Shown here: positions 1 through 13,900 of the stretch, in pieces
Numbering within the stretch: the first letter of the stretch is position 1
How the letters are laid out: each line of letters starts with the position of its first letter
Assembly: GCF_036588685.1 (NCBI RefSeq)
Contig: NC_086378.1
Coordinates: 33,232,001-33,296,000 of the forward strand
Length of the DNA: 64,000 bases
From: Mytilus trossulus
Taxonomy: Eukaryota
Reading direction: 5' to 3'
Notes under the pieces: generated by a model
Databases searched by the model: none
What the model saw: the letters and a program-made list of their open reading frames with translations, nothing else
Told to the model about the DNA's origin: nothing
Position numbers and translations under genes: made by a program

Positions 1-3000
1 ATACCAGCATGTCCTCATTTTATTCAAAATATTGATACATAACAAAATTTCAGTAGTTTTGATACCTCCAGCTGACTTGTACAACAAAAATTATTTGACC
101 ACATTACCAAAACTGACCATATTTGAACTTCAAATTGTAAATCTATATACCAGCATAGTAAATCAGCCTTATTTTTAATGTCAGGATTCAATGTATAATA
201 CAATTATGACAATGGACAGCAATATTGCAATATAATAACAACAAATTTTTGTTCGCCTAAATTAAGGGTGCCAGCATGTCCTCTTTTTACTTAAAATACT
301 GATACGTAACAAAATTTCAGTAGTTTTGATGCCTCCAGTTGACTTCTACAACAAAATTATTTGACCGCATCCACCAAAACTGACCATATATGCACTTTTA
401 TTTTTAAATCTATATACCCACATAGTTAATCAGCCATATTTGTTATGTCAGGATTCAATGTATAATACAATCATGACAATGGACAGCAAAATTGCAAAAT
501 AATAACAAAAAATTTTGGTTCGCATAAATTTAGGATACCAGCATGTCCTTATTTTATTCAAAATATTGATACGTAACAAAATTTCAGTAGTTTTGATACC
601 TCCAGTTGACTTGTACAACAAAATTATTTGACCGCATCCATTAAAACTGACCATATGTGCACTTTAATTTGTAAATCTATATACCCGCATAGTTAATCAG
701 CCATATTTGTTATGCCAGAATCAATGTATATTATAATCATGACAATGGACAGCAATATTGCAATATAATAACAACAAATTTTTGTTCACATCAATTTAAG
801 TTATCAGCATGTCCTCATTTTATTCAAAATATTGATACGTAACAAAATTTCAGTAGTTTTGATACCTCCAGCTGACTTGTACAACTAAATTGTTTGACTG
901 CATCCACCAAAACTGACCATATGTGCACTTTAATTTGCAAATCTATATACCCGCATAGTAAATCAGCCATATTTTTTATGTCAGGATTCAATTTATAATA
1001 CAATCATGACAATGGACAGCAAAATTGCAATATAATAACAAAAAATTTTGGTTCGCATAAATTTAGGATACCAGCATGTCCTCATTTTATTCAAAATATT
1101 GATACATAACAAAATTTCAGTAGTTTTGATACCTCCAGCTGACTTGTACAACAAAAATTATTTGACCACATTACCAAAACTGACCATATGTGAACTTCAA
1201 ATTGTAAATCTATATACCAGCATAGTAAATCAGCCTTATTTTTAATGTCAGGATTCAATGTATAATACAATTATGACAATGGACAGCAATATTGCAATAT
1301 AATAACAACAAATTTTTGTTCGCCTAAATTAAGGGTGCCAGCATGTCCTCTTTTTACTTAAAATACTGAAACGTAACAAAATTTCAGTAGTTTTGATGCC
1401 TCCAGTTGACTTGTACAACAAAATTATTTGACCGCATCCACCAAAACTGACCATATATGCACTTTTATTTTTAAATCTATATACCCACATAGTTAATCAG
1501 CCATATTTGTTATGTCAGGATTCAATGTATAATACAATCATGACAATGGACAGCAAAATTGCAAAATAATAACAAAAAATTTTGGTTCGCATAAATTTAG
1601 GATACCAGCATGTCCTTATTTTATTCAAAATATTGATACGTAACAAAATTTCAGTAGTTTTGATACCTCCAGTTGACTTGTACAACAAAATTATTTGACC
1701 GCATCCATTAAAACTGACCATATGTGCACTTTAATTTGTAAATCTATATACCCGCATAGTTAATCAGCCATATTTGTTATGCCAGAATCAATGTATATTA
1801 TAATCATGACAATGGACAGCAATATTGCAATATAATAACAACAAATTTTTGTTCACATCAATTTAAGTTATCAGCATGTCCTCATTTTATTCAAAATATT
1901 GATACGTAACAAAATTTCAGTAGTTTTGATACCTCCAGCTGACTTGTACAACTAAATTGTTTGACTGCATCCACCAAAACTGACCATATGTGCACTTTAA
2001 TTTGCAAATCTATATACCCGCATAGTAAATCAGCCATATTTTTTATGTCAGGATTCAATTTATAATACAATCATGACAATGGACAGCAAAATTGCAATAT
2101 AATAATAAAAAATTTTGGTTCGCATAAATTTAGGATACCAGCATGTCCTCATTTTATTCAAAATATTGATACATAACAAAATTTCAGTAGTTTTGATACC
2201 TCCAGCTGACTTGTACAACAAAAATTATTTGACCACATTACCAAAACTGACCATATTTGAACTTCAAATTGTAAATCTATATACCAGCATAGTAAATCAG
2301 CCTTATTTTTAATGTCAGGATTCAATGTATAATACAATTATGACAATGGACAGCAATATTGCAATATAATAACAACAAATTTTTGTTCGCCTAAATTAAG
2401 GGTGCCAGCATGTCCTCTTTTTACTTAAAATACTGATACGTAACAAAATTTCAGTAGTTTTGATGCCTCCAGTTGACTTGTACAACAAAATTATTTGACC
2501 GCATCCACCAAAACTGACCATATATGCACTTTTATTTTTAAATCTATATACCCACATAGTTAATCAGCCATATTTGTTATGTCAGGATTCAATGTATAAT
2601 ACAATCATGACAATGGACAGCAAAATTGCAAAATAATAACAAAAAATTTTGGTTCGCATAAATTTAGGATACCAGCATGTCCTTATTTTATTCAAAATAT
2701 TGATACGTAACAAAATTTCAGTAGTTTTGATACCTCCAGTTGACTTGTACAACAAAATTATTTGACCGCATCCATTAAAACTGACCATATGTGCACTTTA
2801 ATTTGTAAATCTATATACCCGCATAGTTAATCAGCCATATTTGTTATGCCAGAATCAATGTATATTATAATCATGACAATGGACAGCAATATTGCAATAT
2901 AATAACAACAAATTTTTGTTCACATCAATTTAAGTTATCAGCATGTCCTCATTTTATTCAAAATATTGATACGTAACAAAATTTCAGTAGTTTTGATCGC

Positions 3001-3628
3001 TCCAGCTGACTTGTACAACTAAATTGTTTTACTGCATCCACCAAAACTGACCATATGTGCACTTTAATTTGCAAATCTATATACCCGCATAGTAAATCAG
3101 CCATATTTTTTATGTCAGGATTCAATGTATAATACAATCATGACAATGGACAGCAATATTGCAATATAATAACAACAAATTTTTTTCGCATAAATTTAGG
3201 ATACCAGCATGTCCTCATTTTATTCAAAATATTCATAGGTAACAAAATTTCAGTAGTTTTGATACCTCCAGCTGACTTGTACAACAAAATTATTTGACCG
3301 CATTACCAAAACTGACCATATGTGTATTTAATTTGTAAATCTATATACATCATGACGTACCCGCATAGTAGTAAATCAGCCATATTTTTTATGTCAGGAA
3401 TCAATGTATAATATAATCATGACAATGGACAGCAATATTGCAATTTAATAACAACAAATTTTTATTCGCATAAATTTAGGATACCAGCGTGTCCTCCTTT
3501 TATTCAAAATATTGATACGTAACAAAATTTCAGTAGTTTTAATACCTCATGCTGACTTGGAAAACAAAACTAGTTGACCAAAACTGATCATATGTGCACT
3601 TTTATTTGCAAATCTATATACCCGCATA
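1..3628. repeat. Tandem satellite: ~267-bp monomer organised in a 1067-bp four-monomer higher-order repeat; runs off the left edge of the window
   Basis: Anchor gtcaggattcaat/gccagaatcaat at 180, 447, 714, 980, 1247, 1514... Identical spurious ORFs at 448, 1515 and 2582 (period 1067). Confidence 0.97.
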
Positions 3629-4578
3629 CCATTGTACCGAGCGCCTTAATGTCTTCTCCTGGCGCTCCTGTTCACATTTTAGTAGGACCGTAAATGTACA
3701 CGTAATCAATAATATTGGAAAACTATTAATGCAAAAAATATTCTGATTAAATTGAGAATGTCAGAATTTCATCTCTTTATTCATTATATCAGTCAGATCA
3801 TATATAGGAGTTCATGATGGTGTACGTGTAAAACAAAACTATTGTGCCACATCATCAAAGTACCAACACTGACATGTCTGAATTCATTTGTACTATTTAC
3901 AATGATTTAATAAAAACAAATATACGAGGTTCTCTTCTTGGAATATTTTATGTCGGTTGATTGATTTTGTTTATAAATAAACGTCAAGTGGCAACTATTT
4001 CATTAGAGTGCGCATTGAGTATAATTTTAGGATGTCCCATATAAATATCGGCAATGACAAATCTCTCGATAAATCTGACGAATTTGACGAGATTGTTGAT
4101 AGTTTTGCCACACCGTATGCTTACGGACACTGTACAATTTCTGTTAGAATATTCTGCGGGAAATAGAATAGTAAATCCAATGCAAACAAGTTGAATATCA
4201 ATGAAATATCCATGCAAGTATAAATTTATGCATAAAGTAAAATTTAGGAAGGGACAGGTAAACAACGGGGAACGAAGTAACGTGAACAATGTTGCCAATA
4301 TCCCGTGATATAAGAATATTGTTCCGATGCGTTGGATAACCTTTCTATCCGTCTTCTAATAAAAAAAAAACTCTGTGTGATCGTATAGCCATTTTTTATT
4401 TATATAAGAATACAAGTATATCAAATAAAAGAGAGCATTTGTATGATATTTATTAGAGTCTAGCGAGTAAATAATAAATGATATCTGTGGAAAAACAATG
4501 CGAATGTTGTTTACATATTTTAATCATGCGGAAAGCTCAAGGCTGATATGAAAACTCTTATAACGATAATCTGTCATA

Positions 4579-4867
4579 AGCAGACCTGTCCTCAGGTCTG
4601 GTCAATAGCAGACTTGTCCACAGGTCTGGTCAAAAGCAGACCTGTCCTCAGGTCTGGTCAGGAGCAGACCTGTCCACAGGTCTGGTCTGAGGCAGACCTG
4701 TCCTCAGGACTGGTCAAAAGCAGACTTGTCCACAGGTCTGGTCTGGGGCAGACCTGTCCTTAGGACTGGTCAAAAGCAGACTTGTCCACAGGTCTGGTCT
4801 GGAGCAGACTTGTTGATAGGTCTGCAGCAGTCCTAAAAAAGCAGACCGTAGGTCTGGTCCACCAACG
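4579..4867. repeat. 28-bp minisatellite (9 units) with internal hairpin CAGACCTG-N4-CAGGTCTG
   Basis: Units start at 4579, 4607 ... 4803. Loop alternates tcct/tcca, giving a 56-bp dimer period. Confidence 0.92.
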
Positions 4868-5297
4868 ACGAAGTTAACTTGCTTGACTGCTTAAAAATTC
4901 TCAAGTTAACTTAGAAAGCAGTCAACAAGTTAACTCTAAGTTAACTTTTGTCAAGGTTAGGACCGCACCCATCTGTAGGTTAAACCTTTTTGGAAATGAG
5001 AAAAAAAAATGTTGAAAAAACTGCAAACTTAATATTAAAGACTCACAAGTACCATAATAGGTTCATTCAAAACTGATGTAATTAATAACCATTTAAACTA
5101 AACAAAAGTTTCAAAATCTTTAGACCATGACTTCGCAGGCGGGGCCATACAATTCAACTAGAACAGGGATGCCCCATTGTTAACACAAATATATTCGTAG
5201 GTATCAATGTCATATTGTTATCAGATGTTACCCTCAAACAGACATTATATCAAACTTGTCACCTCGTTGAGGCGAGACGCTAATTTGTAATGCATAC

Positions 5298-5597
5298 CTT
5301 CATTTTGTGTTGATGCTAACGTTGCAATTTGGCCAGATTCTTGTATTTCACATTTCAATGTATCTGCTAGATCTGTGTATCCACTGTTTTGCAGTGCATC
5401 CAAAAACACTGAATAAGTTACGTCTATCCTTTCTAGTATTATTTCAAGCAATACTTTATTCCTATCATCTTGCCCTGCATGTTGTTCAATACGGCGTCTG
5501 TCGTCGACTGAGATCACCAAATGTGTCATCATATGATCTAAAATCTGTTTGGTTTCAATCTCCCGTTTGATTCTGCTTTCATTATTCCTGATTATAT
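5298..5597 (-). CDS. CARD domain exon
   Basis: DIIRNNESRIKREIETKQILDHMMTHLVISVDDRRRIE...RNKVLLEIILER...YSVFLDALQNSGYTDLADTL is CARD-like. 300 nt, phase 1-1. Ends in donor gtatgc, so the gene continues. Confidence 0.85.
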
Positions 5598-8500
5598 CTG
5601 GATTTTGTTTATAAAAAAAATGAATTTCGAAACTTTAGAGATTAACATAAATGTATGTTTATTTTTATTATTCATTAAAACATGTTTTGATAATATTACA
5701 TACATTGTAATTAATCAATTATATCATTATTAAATTCTTTCACAAAACAGATTATTAGTGTTTTTATTCTATTCACAACATATACTTTACAAGTAGAGGC
5801 GGTAGATACCAATGGGATATTCAAGTTCGGAATTAAATGACGAAATGGCTTAAAACTAGAAAAACGACCAAAGACAACCAACAGTCTGCTAAACACAACA
5901 TAGAAATTCAAAAAATGAGTAACACAAACCAAATCCAAACAAGAGGATGATCGTAGGTGTACCGAAACACTAAGTAGATTCTGTATAGTGTTTCTTGCGT
6001 AAATACAATTTAACCGATAGTTTTAATTCGGCGATGTCAATTTCTAGTCAATTGATACCTTTGATAACTATTGAAACATATATGTCGTCATCTGTTTTTC
6101 TATGAAGGTCAACCAACTTGTGAGGATGTCGTATATTTTGAGAATGAATGCCTCCAACTAAACAATTTGATACCTGATTTTAAGAAGATGATTGTAAGCA
6201 GCAACCCATATCAAGTTAAGGAATTACAAGCTCTGGAATATCTATCAACTGAACGATAATTTGATTTTAAATGGAACTTTTTGATAGGGACTGATGAAAC
6301 AATTTTAAAAGATCTTGTCTATGGTTTACGATTTAATTGCGGCATCATGGTTGGCACAACATAGGTAAATTCCAGGCCGGCAAAAAATATCCACAAGTAC
6401 TGATAAATTTTAGATTTTCGTTGACAATAATTAAAGAAGCAGTTTCTACCTGACCAGTAGCTGTTAGTTATTAAATATAAAAGTGTTTCAACTAGGCACG
6501 AGGTGCAATTAAGACACACAAATTAACACGATTTTTCTGTCACAAACATTGATAGATTTAAAGCAGAATATTGAAATGATATATTGTTATAAGCAGCCAG
6601 TTCGGTTCAATTTTGTTAACAAAATATATATTAAGCACATCGTTTATGTTTTATTGGCTGATAACAATTTTACTTCATTTTAATCTATATTCGTGCACCC
6701 TATTATTACCATTCAGCAGGAGATGCTTATATGTGTGATGACTGCTGACATTGTATTTCAATATTATAAATTATGAAAAATGTACAAATTGAAAGGCGAA
6801 ACAAGGAAGACATAATCCAAACCATTTCGTTTTTACAACAAAAAGCAATGCATGTACTGTTGAAAAGATGATTTACATGAGAAATTCCCTTGTGTTCCAC
6901 AAAAAAAGTCAAACTCCTGTAAAAACTGTTGAATCATGATAAAAGTACAAAATGATCAGCTATCTATAACTGCAACCGATTCTACTGAAAATGAAAGGTT
7001 ATGGTCAAATGGTCTCCGATATGTTGTGTTCAAAAGGTATTATTGTCACAATACTAAACAAATTGACCAAAATGTTGATGACAATAAGGTCAACTACATG
7101 TACATAGGATTTTGAAAAGAAATACCAGGTATCAGAGCTTTCTGTCAGAAAGTCCCAGAGGAGATGCGTCCACAAGGTATTGATGTTACAATACTCAATA
7201 AAATTGTAAACGTGGTCAAATCTAAATGGCAGCATAATTTTGTAATAATTCTACAAAGAATGAGCGCTCAGAAGGACATAACTAGAGAATATGAGTTCAC
7301 ACTGTTTTACATGTTTTCTTACTAGAATACAATTATGGACAAACTTACGATAGAGCAGGAGAATATGTCAGCAAATATTCCTAGTATGAAGTATTGATGT
7401 CAAACGGACTCTGCGTATCGGTAAGTTAATGTGACACATACTAATGCAACATTAACGTCCGATTTACCTCTCTATGATTTGTTCAAAAACCAAATTAAAA
7501 CACAGCATATTTTGAAAGTTTAAGCAAACACTAGTATGTTAGATTGCATTTACCTTCAAGTTGTTCTTTTTCTCCTACATCATAACTTAAGTGTGACAAA
7601 ACACTACACAAATCAAGGCGATAAAGAGTTTTGGCCAAAACCTCATACGCAGCTTTTTTAGTTTTTCGCCACTTCTTAAGGACGTCCTCTGTTTGTCCAC
7701 GAAGATTTGTCACATGATTTGATTGTATCTGATGCATTTCAACAACAGATAGTCCAAGTTCTATTCCAAACTGAAATGTTTCTCTTCCAATATGATTAGG
7801 CAATAGTTTTACATCGGAACTCGATGGTTTCAGATTCAACCTGTCTGTTGGTAGACCTAAAAGTTAGATAAGATAATCATGAATACTTACTAACAAGTTA
7901 TTGTTTCAAAATGTACTATTAACTGATACTCTATTGTAATATCACATCTGCTATTAAAGTAGCCTTAGTTTTTAAAAAAACATGTCGTGTGAGGTCGTTC
8001 TTGCCAGTTGAACTACAGCAATATATATCAATTAAGTGACATTCTCTTATATATAACATTGAGAAAAAAATCAAATTATTACACACATGACAAAGTTAAA
8101 TCCGTATATACGGTCATCTTTGAGATCGGTGAAAACTTGCTAAAGCAGTTTTAACTTTGACATTAGTGTATTAGTTTAATTGTTTTTTCTCTCAATGTGT
8201 TCATTTCTATCTTTCTAAATTTCCTTTAAAACAAAAAGAAGAAGAAGTTGCAAGCGATCTAATACAAAACATAGCAATACTTGTTATAAGACAATGAAAT
8301 AAAATTACGTTCCGATTGGGAAAATTTAAATTTAAACTATAGGTAAACAGAAAATGATTAGACATTTTACACAGAACAAGACACGAAATATTTTATATAT
8401 TTGTTTTCCTCTCTGGATTTTTTTTATTGACTTTATAAAAAAAAATGTTTATGTAACAAAAAAGAAGGGAAAACAAAAGTCAATATTGTCTCCCCCTCCC

Positions 8501-10879
8501 TTATTTTGGAATGAAACATATAATAAAAAAATATAATATCATTTCCAGGGTATTCACACAAAAACGATACAATGCATTATAAAATAAACCCACATACCAA
8601 CAAACGATTAACGATCGCTGCAAATGAATGTGCGGTTTCAAGTAATTAACTAAACATCAATCTATTAAATAATACAGAGTCAAAACTGCACACTAAACAA
8701 CAAAATACTCATTGAATATAACGGAAGTTTTTAATTTTCATATTTGCTTCAAAATTTTAAGCATCATCTTAAATACAAACTTTGTTTTGAATGGATACAT
8801 GTAGACATCATTCTTGTAATACAGAACAATCCACTGACAGGACATGCACTTATTGCAACATTGAAAAATACTTTATGAAACCCAATTGCAACACTAGTTA
8901 AAACAATAAAATCCTGCAATAGAACATACTTGTATCATTGCTATCAATGAAAACCATTTGCCGTTGTCCTATAAACTTTTGTTTGTGATGTTTTCTTCGT
9001 ACGCTCTCTTAAAAAACGGATACAGATATTGCAATTATTCTGTAAAATATCTGTTAACATTCTTTTAACTATTCACCGACTGTGTACTTGTTGTAAATTA
9101 ACCTGCCTTTACATGATTGCCTTTACATGCAGTGTCAGTGTTTTCAACTCAAAAGTGTTTCGTTGAGAAATTTAGTTTTTCTGATATATGTGTCGAATGC
9201 AAAAGCAAAGACATATTATATTTAGGGAAACTTATTTGTTGAAATTGCAGTAACTCTCCATAAAGGAATCAAACATGTAGAATCCAATTCCTTGTCTGTC
9301 TATGAGATATATACGCCATATGGAACTTGAAATCCACTCTAACGTTTAATTTCCAAACATGACTTATGTTTTCCAATGTTGGTTTGCCAAAGTAATGTAT
9401 AATTTCGATTTGTCTCTTTTCATTACACTTTTGAAAGATTTGACCCCAAAAAAGAACAAAGAATTGCAACATGTAAGAGTCAAAGTATTGTAACATGTGC
9501 AATGACTCCGCCAATAGCATCGACCTAATGGAGAATCCTATCTTGCTGTTCAATTGCTTTCTGCTACTTTTTGAGATATTCAGAGATAAACATTTTCATA
9601 ACATAATTTGATGTGACTATCATAAAAGTGAAGGTGTAGCGCTATAAAACCGGGTTCAACCCACCGTTTTCTACATTTGAAAATGCCTGTACCATGTCAG
9701 GAATATGACAGTTGTTGTCCATTCGTTTGATGTGTTTTATTCTTTAATTTTGCCATTTGATTAGGGACTTTCCGTTTGAAATATTCTAGGAGTTAGTATT
9801 TTTGTGATTTTACTTTTTTCCATCATTGATAAACTATCATTGTTCATGTTATTGTGTAAGTTATCACTTACCTGCGTCTATTTGAACATCTCTTAAAATC
9901 TGTAATAACAAATGCAAAACAGTCATTTAAATATTCAAAACTACGATAAAATAAACAACAATGTATAATGCTACCATATATATTAGTGGAACTTCTTTTT
10001 AAATGAAGCTTTGTTTTGCAAATGAGTCTTGTTTCTAGTCATTGGACTTCAAGAAACATATATTTAGATAACCGTAATTAAAACTGTACATTTATTTCAT
10101 TGTACACTTATGTTGACTTGTACTTCTTATTGGATTCAACTTATGTTTACGTTTTTTTAAAACATAGACAATCAGTCCTATTACTAACAAATCCACTAAA
10201 TGTATGATTACAAATTCGAATGTTATATTGTTAACTATGTACCTGACATAATATGTGGACATTAAGATCTTCTTCTTTCAGACTCTCCTGGAGCTTCTTG
10301 AAATTAGCATGTGTTGTACTCTTCTTCCAATCATGTAGAGCATTAACTTTGATATCAAAATCCCCTCTGCTATAAGACTCAATGTTTTTCCACGACTGGG
10401 ATGGTTTTCTTTCCTTTAAATGCATATACATTTTCCATGTTTCTTCTATTGTCAATTCAGCTGCTAGGCGTCCAAGATGTTTATCTTCGGGTAGGCTGTC
10501 TAACCATGCTTTGTCTAAACCTGTTAAACATTGTTGATATACTTAACCAATGTAGAAGTTTAAATATGCCAACTAAATAAGACGATTGGAAATTATCTTA
10601 ATATGGACTATATCTTAAAAAAAAGAGTAAAGCAATCCTGCTAAATGTAATCTTCCATTGGATTAATATGGAACGCCATGACTGCCTTCTGTCCAATCGA
10701 TGATCATCATTGTATGAAGTGGTCACAGCATTATATGCAGTGGTCACAACATTACAAGCATTGGTTACAATATTATATGCAGTAGGCACAACATTATATG
10801 CAGTCGTGACGGCATAATATGCAGTTGTTACAAAATTATACGTGTTTTGCTGAAGGTGATGATCAGTTTTGATCAGTGT

Positions 10880-10916
<37 letters not shown>

Positions 10917-13900
10917 CAGTGATGATAGTGATGGTGGTGGTTCAGGTTCGGTAAACCTCGGAATTGTTTTTTAAACGAAAATTGTCAAATCCAGCCATAG
11001 TTGATAATGACCCGTAAAAAAATGAAACAGTTATTGAAGTCATGTAATTCGGGCAATTCGATGGAAAACTTTAGAAAAAGATATCACCTGCTGTTGTCTG
11101 CAAATTAGACAGTCACATTTTACCCATTCAGGGGTAGTTCATTCCGAGGAAATGATGAAATTATCAAGAGTTGAATGGATGAACTAGTTGTGTTCGTCTA
11201 AAGATATACATAATGTAAGTTTAATACTGGTTAATAATAATATATATCAAAGAATAGTTTGTATAATGTATGCTACGAATTCATTTTCTTCTGAAGAACT
11301 ATAGTTACATGTAGGTGCCACTTTATTCTTGATAAGAATAAAATAGTCAGCTAATTAGAAAGCCTGAGTCACATATCTTGCTAGCTTATATACATATCAT
11401 GACAAACCAATTATTTGGCTTCGATTTAGAATCATTCCTCTTTTACTTTTTGTTGCTTTCATTTTGACCTTAACTCAATTTTGATCACAACCATTCATGT
11501 GTAAAATACAAATTGAGTTGACTTGCGTGTTTTAAGTGTGCTTAAAGATTTATTAAGATATCATTCCTCGATGACTTTTAGTTGATTATGTTTTGTATGC
11601 TAATGCAAAACTTAACCAGAATTTTTTTTTCTATCTCTGTATTGTGCTTTTTATAATATAAGGTACAACAACAAAACATAGTTAAAATCTTTATCAATGA
11701 ACAATAACTTGTTTAAGGGAAAAAATTACTATGAAGACTGATTTGAATAACTAGTTTTGTTGGTTATACAAAAAAGAAGATGTGGTATGATTGCCAATGA
11801 GACAACTATCAACAAAAGACCAAAATTACACAGACATTATGTTTGGAATTTAAAGTTTCTCTCTTTTTATTCATTGTTATTATAGTTTTCAAAATAGAAG
11901 ACAAAAATGAAAAGAAGGGTAAAATGTTGTCATTTAAGAGCAATAACTTCTGCCATGTATGACATAATGGACAATTGCCCAACAATCTGAACATTTCTTC
12001 ACTTGTTAAACCTCCTCTATTTATAACGGTTTCAAATTAGTTATAAAAATTGCATTTCATACCTATGTTCTATTTATAGCCATGTCGGCCATGTTGGTTG
12101 GCAAGTGGGGTCATTGAACACATTTTTTAAACAAGTTACCCCAATAATGATTGTGGTCAAGTTTGGTTAAATGATGCCTATTAGTTTCAGAGTAAAAGAT
12201 TTATTCAAAAGTTATCGGACGACGGACGACTACGACGATGGACTTGGATGACGACAAACGAATAGTGATGAGAAAAGCTCACTTGAACCAGAATACCAAA
12301 GATGGAACAAATATTCAAATCATATAAAACAACGATAAGGAGGAGACTATTCGTATTGATGTTAAGTTATGGATTCCCGGTTCGACGTCGATCTGAGTCT
12401 TACATATATATATATGAAATTTGGCACTAAATATTGACTAAATACTTAAAGAGAATTATACCTTTATTATGTAATGAACTGGAGACGTGGCATACAAATG
12501 CAATTAAAATTTTCATATTGATCATTCATTAGTATTCAAGTTCATTATGCCGTGCGTATTTCTTCAGATATATAGAGCTGTAATATATGCATACAACTTT
12601 AAATTTTACCATTTCCTCAGCAGATGTTTTTTTTTTCATTTTGTTTGTGTGACATTATAAACTATGACTGGATTTGGCAATTACCGAATAAAAAAATTAC
12701 GAAGTTTACCGAATCTGAACCACCCAATCATTAGCAATAACTATCATTATCATCTTCATCCACAAAACACGTATAATGTTGTTATCAATGCATATCATGT
12801 TCCGACAACTGCATACGCTAACACGACTGCATATATTGGTGGGACCACTGCTTTTAATGTTTTAACCATTACATATGATGGACCAACAAATGCATATATA
12901 AAGTTGTCACGACTGCATACAATGTTGTGAACTCTGCATTTAATGATGTGACCTCTGCATATAATATTGTGACTACTGCATTTAATGTTGTTACCTCTGT
13001 ATATAGTGCTTTTATCACTGCATATAATGCTTCGAACACTGCATATAATGCTTTGACAACAGCATATAATGCTTTGACAACAGCATATAATGCTGTGACC
13101 ACTGTATATGATGATGATCATAAACATAAGGCATTCCATAGATAACATTTGCAAATGAAGCTAACTAAGCCTTAAGCTGCTGTTGTTCTATATGATAAAT
13201 GTGATGAAATAAAAATTAAATGTAGCAAACACAGTAATTTGAACAATATATGTTTAACTGATCAATTTGAAAAGCACTTTGTCAATATAAAGATATTTCG
13301 ACGCATATTTATAAAAAAAGAGACAAAATGTGTATATTGTAGAAATATTTACAAAGATGTGTAGATTTTGGACATGTTGGACATGTTAAAGCCCTTAGTA
13401 AAAACATTATGTTCATTCGTTATCTTTCTTATCATTTCTTGATGCATATATTGTAATTACAAGCAGTATGTGGCATTTACAGAACTGCTATTGAACTACT
13501 TTCCTGTATGCCACAAGAAATATGTATTTAAGCAAAAACTGATTATTCTTCATTCTTGTTTTAGGAAATAAATATTGATATTTTGATCTTTATCAGCCCG
13601 AATGCAGTTTCTAACGTAGCAGAAATTACAAAAATTTAAATGTTATTACACAATCATACTCTTTCAAAGATGCAAGGTTATAGTATACCAACACAACTGC
13701 AGGTATTCGACTTCAAAAAGGAAAGCGTAATATGTTGAATATATTATAATATTTGTGTTTAGCAAGTGAATTAAATCCTATATAACACGTGTCGAATAAA
13801 CTAGCACAACTATTAATACACAGGACCACAACGTCCATAAAGTAAGAATCAACACATGCGAGGTGTGTTTTCCTTTGCCTAACATTTTTTTCAAATGTAA

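Noticed and set aside
448-2788. Repeated 65-68 aa ORFs
   Set aside because: By-products of the 1067-bp satellite unit; no domain features.
3984-4354. Minus-strand ORF as the next exon after CARD
   Set aside because: The nearby acceptor gives phase 0 whereas phase 1 is needed; no recognisable domain.
4579-4830. CRISPR-like 28-bp palindromic repeats
   Set aside because: Units are contiguous with no unique spacers, no cas genes, and the context is eukaryotic.
11087-11197. Exon-like segment with AG/GT borders on the minus strand
   Set aside because: The phase-1 frame has two stops, and no reading fits between the 15408 and 10520 exons.
12664-13154. TTAYNAL heptad ORFs resembling antifreeze or coiled-coil proteins
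   Set aside because: A 21-bp tandem array is open in several frames on both strands and belongs to a dispersed repeat.
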